DNA from: Plasmodiophora brassicae | Lineage: Eukaryota | DNA length: 64,000 nucleotides | Reading direction: 5' to 3' | NCBI GenBank assembly: GCA_036867785.1 | Contig: CP145410.1 | Location: forward strand, 1,488,001-1,552,000 | In this document: one piece after another, positions 58,144 through 64,000 of the stretch | Numbering within the stretch: the first letter of the stretch is position 1 | How the letters are laid out: each line of letters begins with the position of its first letter | Notes under the pieces: generated by a model | Databases searched by the model: none | What the model was told of the DNA's origin: nothing | Seen by the model: the letters and a program-made list of their open reading frames with translations, nothing else | Program-made: the position numbers and the translations under genes

Positions 58144-61100
58144 ACGGGTTCCCCAGTCGCCCAGTAAACATTTCTTTTGGTTCCGAACCCGACTTTCTTC
58201 ATGTTACGGATTTATTCTTTACGTCGGCTACATCTATACCACATCTATTGGTACCGGTCTGTCTCGTTATCGGCTCACGTCGCGTCAGTACGCTCGCCTT
58301 GTTAGACTGTGGCGCGACGTCCAATTTTATCGACTGGTCGTTCTGTCGTCATCACGAAGTGCCTGTTCGCGCCAAATCGCGTGCTATTCCGGTTCGCGTC
58401 ATTGACGGCCGTCATCTGGCCCCAATTACTCAGGAAACCGCCCCGCTACGAATCACCGTCGACGAATGTTTCGACAGTGACGTCGTCCTGAACATGATCC
58501 ATTCGCCGCAGCATCCTGTCATCCTCGGCCTGCCGTGGTTGGCGGATACAAACCCTGACATCGATTGGCGGAGCCACCGTCTCCAGCATCGCGGCCCTCG
58601 CATCGCGGGGATCTCAATCCCGGCAGGAGACCTCCCTGCGTCTACGCATGCAGTTGATTCGGCGGCATCAGTCGAAACATTGCCGACTGCCTCAGCATCT
58701 GAGGTAGCCGAGGTGGAGGTAATTGCCCTCCCTGAGTTGGCTTCTGACGACGAGGACGACGACGATTACTCCGAGTTCGGGACCGTCCCGGCTGCGGGCG
58801 TCGATAGCTCTAGCGCTTCCGTCATCGCTCCCGATTGCCTCTCGGAGGTCGCTGTCACTGATACGGTGGCCGCCGGTCACAGTGAACCGCCTGCTGCTGT
58901 TGTCGACAGCTCTAGCTCTCCCGCCCTCGCGCATGCCTGCCTCTCCGAGGTCGCTGCCGCTGCTAATGTGGCAGCGTGCCACAACGATCCGTTATCATCG
59001 TTCCCCTCGGGCCCCGAGCCGTCGTGCGTCCGGCACCGTGGACCCGTCCGTCGAGGGGCGGGACAACGCCTCTCGCCGCCTCGCCCCTCTGGCGGGCTTC
59101 GTGGTCGCCACATTATTAATCTTTTGATGACTGCATCCTTGGTCGCCCTGGCCTGGGTCCTTGGGTGGACTTATCTTCCATTCACGCGGCTCCCTTCCGG
59201 CGCCTCTGCGGAGCCCCTGATCTCGAACGCCGCCGACGAGTCCTTCTTTACGCCCCTGGTCTCACCAGACGGTGACCCGGGGTCATCAACCTCGATTGCG
59301 TTCATCAGCGCTGAGCCGTTTCTGGATGCTATCGTTGACGACGCAGCTTGTTACCTTCTGCATTATACTTGGACCGAACTCGACTCGGACTCAGTCTCCG
59401 GGCCTGCGCTTCCTGACGCCTATCGCGAGTTCTCGGACGTGTTCGCCACTGACAGCCCGGCGTGCCTGCCTCCTCACCGCGCTTCCGATTGCCCCATCGA
59501 TCTTAAGCCCGGCAAGGAGCCACCATTTTGTCGGTTATATGGTCTCTCCCAACGAGAGCAGGTGGCCCTCAAGCAGTATCTGGAAGCCAATTTAAAGTCG
59601 AATTTCATTCGTCCTTCCCGTTCTTCGGCCGGTGCGCCAATTCTGTTTGTACGCAAGAAAGACGGCTCGCTGCGACTTTGTGTCGATTATCGCGGCCTAA
59701 ATTCTGCCACGATCAAGAACCGGTATCCACTGCCTCTTATTGACCAACTTCTTGCCAACCTTAGTCGGGCCACGATCTTCACGAAAATCGACCTGCGCAG
59801 CGCGTATAATCAAATTCGTATCCGCGAAGGGGACGAGTGGAAGACGGCGTTTCGCACCCCGTATGGACTCTTCGAATATTTGGTTATGCCGTTTGGCCTC
59901 GCAAACGCACCGGCTTCGTTCCAGTCGTTCATGAATGATATGTTCAAGGATTACCTCGACCAGTTCGTTGTCGTATATCTGGACGACATCCTTATTTTTT
60001 CTGCGAACGTCGCCGACCATGAACACCATGTGCGCCTCGTCCTGGAACGACTTCGGGCTAGCAGTCTTACCGCTAATATGGAGAAGTGTGTTTTCGGCGC
60101 CAAGGAGGTCGAGTTTCTCGGCTACCTCGTTTCTCGAGACGGACTGCGCCTCGACCCTGCCCGTATCGACACTATCCTGTCTTGGCAACCGCCACGAGAT
60201 ATCCATGGTCTCCAAGTATTCTTGGGATTCGCCAATTTTTATCGCAAATTTATTCCTCACTTCGCGGAAATTGCTCTACCACTCACAAACCTGACGCGTG
60301 ACGGTGTCGCCTTTATCTGGGATGCTGACGCTCACGCTGCATTCGGCTCTCTGAAGGTTGCGTTCACATCGGCACCTGTCTTGGGCCATTTCGATCCTCA
60401 TCAACCGTGTGATGTCGAGACCGACGCCTCAGACTTTGCCATCGCTATGGTCCTTTCGCAAAAGGGCGGCGCAGATGGGGAGTTGCACCCGATCGCCTAC
60501 TTCTCGCGGAAGCTGATTGCTGCCGAGATTAGCTATCCCATTTACGACAAGGAACTCCTGGCGGTTGTGGAAGCGTTCACTAAGTGGCGGCAGTTCCTCG
60601 ACTCAGATCAGCACCAAACTGTCGTGCATAGCGACCATCGTAACCTCGTCCACTTCATGTCTACCCACAAGTTAAACAGACGTCAGGTTCGCTGGTCTCA
60701 ACTGCTTAGCGAATTCGATTTCGTGATTCATCATCGTCCGGGGCGACTTCATGGGAAGCCGGACGCCCTCACTCGTCGTCCGGAATACCAACCTTCGCCT
60801 GGCGACGAAGAAATTCTAGCAATGTCTCAACAGCTGCTTCCACCGCATCGCTTCTTCCGCCCGGACCCAGCTATTCTCTTTCTCCAGACCGGTACATCAG
60901 GCATCTCCCTTGTCGAACGTATTCGTCGCGAACAAGCCGATGACCCCTTCGTCCAGAAGACGTTATTATCGCTGGACGGGCCTCGTGGACGACGTTTCCG
61001 CGTTGCCGATGGTCTCTTATACAACGGAACCGCTCTCGTCGTCGCTGGTGAGGCCTGCAAGCTGGAAGTTCTGCACAGCCTTCACGACAACGTTACCGCC

Positions 61101-62375
61101 GGTCATTTTGGGGTTCGCAAGACATTGCAGCTCGTCAAGCGCGAGTTCTGGTGGCCCAAGATGTCCTCGTTCATCAAGGGTTACGTGGCGACCTGTGACA
61201 CGTGTCGCCGCGTCAAACCTCCTCGCCATCGACCATCCGGCCTGCTACTTCCGCTACCAATTCCAACCGCTCTCTGGTCCTCCATCTCAATGGACTTTAT
61301 CGTCAAGCTCCCCTCCTCCCGTGGCTATGACTCTGTACTGGTCGTGGTCGACCGTTATTCGAAGATGGCCCACTTTGTGGCGTGTCGAGAATCCATTTCC
61401 GCGGATCAGCTGGCCGATCTGTTTCTTCAGAACGTGTTCCGTCTGCATGGCCTGCCCGACGACATTGTTTCGGATCGCGGACCCCAGTTCGTATCGTTGT
61501 TCTGGAAGCACCTCCTATGCCGTCTCGGCGTTGAACGCCATCTGTCATCATCCCGCCATCCCGAATCTGATGGCCAGACCGAGCGCGTCAACCAGATATT
61601 AGAGCAATACCTTCGCTGTTATGTGTGCTACCTGCAAGACGACTGGGAGCCATTATTGCCGCTGGCCGAATTCTCTTACAATAACGTCGACCATTCGTCC
61701 ACTGGAATGTCTCCCTTCTTCGCGAACTACGGCTACCACCCTCAGCTACGCGACCCTCGTCCTTGCAAACACGGTAGCTCCAATCCCTCTGCCGATGAAC
61801 GCGTGGAGAACTTGACGGCCATTCGCCGTTACCTACACCGCCAACTGCATCGTGCTGTCAGCACCATGAAACGAGCTGCGGATCGGAAACGCCGACCTCA
61901 TCCCGACTTCAAGATCGGGGAGTTGGTCATGCTCCGTCGAGGGGCAATTGCGACTGGCCGGCCATGCGGTAAGCTGGATGTCCAAATGCTCGGGCCTTTC
62001 GAAGTTAGTCGCATCGTTAATCCGGTCGCCTACGAACTCCTGCTCCCGGCATCCTTCCGCATCCACAACGTCTTCCACGCATCCCAACTGGAACCGTACG
62101 TCCCGAACGTGATACCCCATCGTGTGCAGCCTCCGCCACCCCCGATTCTGCTCGACGACGACGACCAACCGCTGTTCATCGTGAAGGAGGTCCTGGACTC
62201 TCGATATCGTGCTGGTAAGCTGCAGTATTATATCGACTGGGAAGGCTACCCTGCATCCGAGCGCACCTGGGAACCCGCCTCCAACTTGCAGGGCACCGGC
62301 GGATTCGATCGCCTGCTCGCGGCATTCCACGCTCGGTACCCAGACAAGCCCGGACCCCGTCTTCGACGCCCGTAA
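58119..62375 (+). CDS. pol: Pol PR-RT-RH-IN-chromodomain (family B), -1 frameshift
   Basis: LLDCGAT, YLDD, TDASD, SMDF/VSDRG/GQTER, YYIDWEGY..TWEP; GGGAAAT at 58119-58125. Confidence 0.95.
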   Translation, partial: GKCARASVNGFPSRPVNISFGSEPDFLHVTDLFFTSATSIPHLLVPVCLVIGSRRVSTLALLDCGATSNFIDWSFCRHHEVPVRAKSRAIPVRVIDGRHLAPITQETAPLRITVDECFDSDVVLNMIHSPQHPVILGLPWLADTNPDIDWRSHRLQHRGPRIAGISIPAGDLPASTHAVDSAASVETLPTASASEVAEVEVIALPELASDDEDDDDYSEFGTVPAAGVDSSSASVIAPDCLSEVAVTDTVAAGHSEPPAAVVDSSSSPALAHACLSEVAAAANVAACHNDPLSSFPSGPEPSCVRHRGPVRRGAGQRLSPPRPSGGLRGRHIINLLMTASLVALAWVLGWTYLPFTRLPSGASAEPLISNAADESFFTPLVSPDGDPGSSTSIAFISAEPFLDAIVDDAACYLLHYTWTELDSDSVSGPALPDAYREFSDVFATDSPACLPPHRASDCPIDLKPGKEPPFCRLYGLSQREQVALKQYLEANLKSNFIRPSRSSAGAPILFVRKKDGSLRLCVDYRGLNSATIKNRYPLPLIDQLLANLSRATIFTKIDLRSAYNQIRIREGDEWKTAFRTPYGLFEYLVMPFGLANAPASFQSFMNDMFKDYLDQFVVVYLDDILIFSANVADHEHHVRLVLERLRASSLTANMEKCVFGAKEVEFLGYLVSRDGLRLDPARIDTILSWQPPRDIHGLQVFLGFANFYRKFIPHFAEIALPLTNLTRDGVAFIWDADAHAAFGSLKVAFTSAPVLGHFDPHQPCDVETDASDFAIAMVLSQKGGADGELHPIAYFSRKLIAAEISYPIYDKELLAVVEAFTKWRQFLDSDQHQTVVHSDHRNLVHFMSTHKLNRRQVRWSQLLSEFDFVIHHRPGRLHGKPDALTRRPEYQPSPGDEEILAMSQQLLPPHRFFRPDPAILFLQTGTSGISLVERIRREQADDPFVQKTLLSLDGPRGRRFRVADGLLYNGTALVVAGEACKLEVLHSLHDNVTAGHFGVRKTLQLVKREFWWPKMSSFIKGYVATCDTCRRVKPPRHRPSGLLLPLPIPTALWSSISMDFIVKLPSSRGYDSVLVVVDRYSKMAHFVACRESISADQLADLFLQNVFRLHGLPDDIVSDRGPQFVSLFWKHLLCRLGVERHLSSSRHPESDGQTERVNQILEQYLRCYVCYLQDDWEPLLPLAEFSYNNVDHSSTGMSPFFANYGYHPQLRDPRPCKHGSSNPSADERVENLTAIRRYLHRQLHRAVSTMKRAADRKRRPHPDFKIGELVMLRRGAIATGRPCGKLDVQMLGPFEVSRIVNPVAYELLLPASFRIHNVFHASQLEPYVPNVIPHRVQPPPPPILLDDDDQPLFIVKEVLDSRYRAGKLQYYIDWEGYPASERTWEPASNLQGTGGFDRLLAAFHARYPDKPGPRLRRP

Positions 62376-62555
62376 AAGGGGACTATTATGTCACGGTCGA
62401 GTCGCTGTCTTGGCGACTCAGCCGGCACCTAATTGGGCTCCTCCGCAGCGCACTACTACAATAAACGTCCACGGCGTTGGACCGACCTCAGTCGGTCAAT
62501 CCGTGTGGTTGACACATCTTGCTCTGTCGTCACATAAACCGCAGGCTATTGCTGG

Positions 62556-63964
62556 TTAAGAGTTCTTCCCGATACTAGAGTTGCTGTCCACATTGAAGTA
62601 CTGGAACTGGTATGTGATGGATGACGGCGCACTTATCGCGCTGCTCGGATGACTGCTTAAGGTCGGTCGGACAAGAACGGAGCCAGTCGAGCTAGGCCTT
62701 GGCGCCTCCAGCCAGTCGTCCAAGAGGCTGTCGCCATTCGTGGCGAAGTTTGCATACGGGCCTGCAGCATTCCCATCCCCATCGGCAATATTTGCATTGT
62801 GGACGGGAGACCCGCCTGGCTGAACTCCATGTCCATCGATAGCCATGGAGGCCTGTGTCGTATGTTGCATCGGCATGCCGTTGTACGTGCCCACCCGCGC
62901 ATTCAAGAAGCATAGCACGCCGAACACGATTGCACCCGCGATGGCAGCGCCGACGGCATAGACGTAATGCTCCTTCAGAAATTGCCACGCCATCCTGCCA
63001 TCTTCCATAGCCGTACCCTCCAGCGCCTCTCGCAGCGGGCGAGTCGATGCAGACGGCATGTTCGGAACCATTTCGACAGGCGGTACGGTTCCCTGCGGAC
63101 CTGGTCCACCTGCTGCAGGTTTTCGCGCTGACGTTGGCCTTGGCCGCTGCATGCTTGTTCGAGTGGTCGTGACAAATGTACGTGATAAACGCCGCGATTG
63201 CGTCCGTGCAAGCCGAGCTGTGATCATTCTTGCCGCAGCCGTGCTACTACTTGTGCCGAGTCGAGGCACTTTCGCAACTGGCGATGACGACGTTCGCGAG
63301 CGCCGTCGACGTGCAGATGACATCGTCGATGGTGCAGTACTGCTGACGCCATGGGCGACTTGGCACCGGGGCATTGCCGATGCGGGCGGATAGGATTTCA
63401 GGAACGACGCCGACGATGTGGGTGGTGGCGCAGGAATGCATGACAGCGTTACTCCAGGATTCATGGTCCAGATCCTAGAATGGTGCGATTCCCTCAGTTC
63501 ACAGCATAGCTGCCCAGAAGCCTATAAGGGTCTTCACATGGAGTTGTTGATGGATGTCAGCGGGTCGAATAGATCGCCCGGCATTGATGTGAGGTTGTTG
63601 TAATACAGCTGGAGGTCCTGCAGATGGGACAGGCTTCGGAAGGATCCCGACTGCACCGTTGCCAAACTGTTGCGCTGCAAGGCCCTGTCCCGGATGGTCG
63701 CATCGTTCATGAGAATATGTCGCTGTCATGCATGCGGACACGTATGAGAACGCACAGGGTCACCAACTCGGATAGGCCATCGAACGCGCCCGCTGAGATC
63801 AACGTCAACGCGTTGCCGTTCAGGTACCTGGACGGATGGTCATGCACAACCGCCAACGGGGACCTGACACGCCAGCACTGCTGGCCACGTACAATGCCCT
63901 GAGCGATGACAACGCCACAAAGGTGCCGCTGGGTATTGTCGTGATTGCATTCCCCGATAGGTTC
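62556..63964 (-). CDS. Leucine-rich-repeat single-pass membrane protein, 5' part beyond the window; exons 63893-63964, 63756-63827, 63538-63684, 62556-63474
   Basis: Exons encode NLSGNAITTIPSGTFVALSSLRAL, YLNGNALTLISAGAFDGLSELVTL and ALQRNSLATVQSGSFRSLSHLQDLQLYYNNLTSMPGDLF; then an S/T/P/R-rich stalk and TM YVYAVGAAIAGAIVFGVLCFL; all introns GT-AG, phase 2. Confidence 0.85.
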
Positions 63965-64000
63965 CTAAAATACAGGTTTGACCCCGCTCGCATGAGCCAT

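Larger units (their letters stand above)
56735..62534 (+). mobile_element. Intact chromodomain Ty3/Gypsy (family B)
   Basis: Identical 146-bp LTRs 56735-56880 and 62389-62534; TSD TAAAC; PPT AAAAGGGGACTATTA. Confidence 0.97.

Overview
Eukaryotic, GC-rich DNA with ~60-70 bp GT-AG introns and a flagellar gene; the style suggests a zoosporic protist such as a phytomyxid (Plasmodiophora-like), which is inference only. Host genes sit at the edges: a glycosyltransferase-like gene, a CFAP57/WDR65-like gene and an Arf-like GTPase at 1-6.3 kb, and an LRR-transmembrane gene with one-repeat-per-exon structure beyond 62.5 kb. From ~9 to 62.5 kb lies a deeply nested transposon island: an intact hAT, three intact chromodomain Ty3/Gypsy elements with identical LTRs, Gypsy relics, two inverted Copia copies, a TRIM with three solo LTRs, a Helitron fragment, two SINE-like inserts and a MITE. 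Family letters (A-I) are my own labels. The most unusual item is a tiny non-coding element (E) whose terminal repeats are ~70-bp palindromes. It occurs as a monomer (22790-23115) and as an inverted dimer (54208-54831), both with 4-bp TSDs, and an ordinary solo LTR that looks like its fold-back progenitor is in the same window (13980). Also notable: a transmembrane-like helix inside Gypsy Pol, apparent half-tRNA-Asn priming of Copia and TRIM, covarying self-priming sites, and a Copia-mediated inversion reconstructed from swapped flanks.
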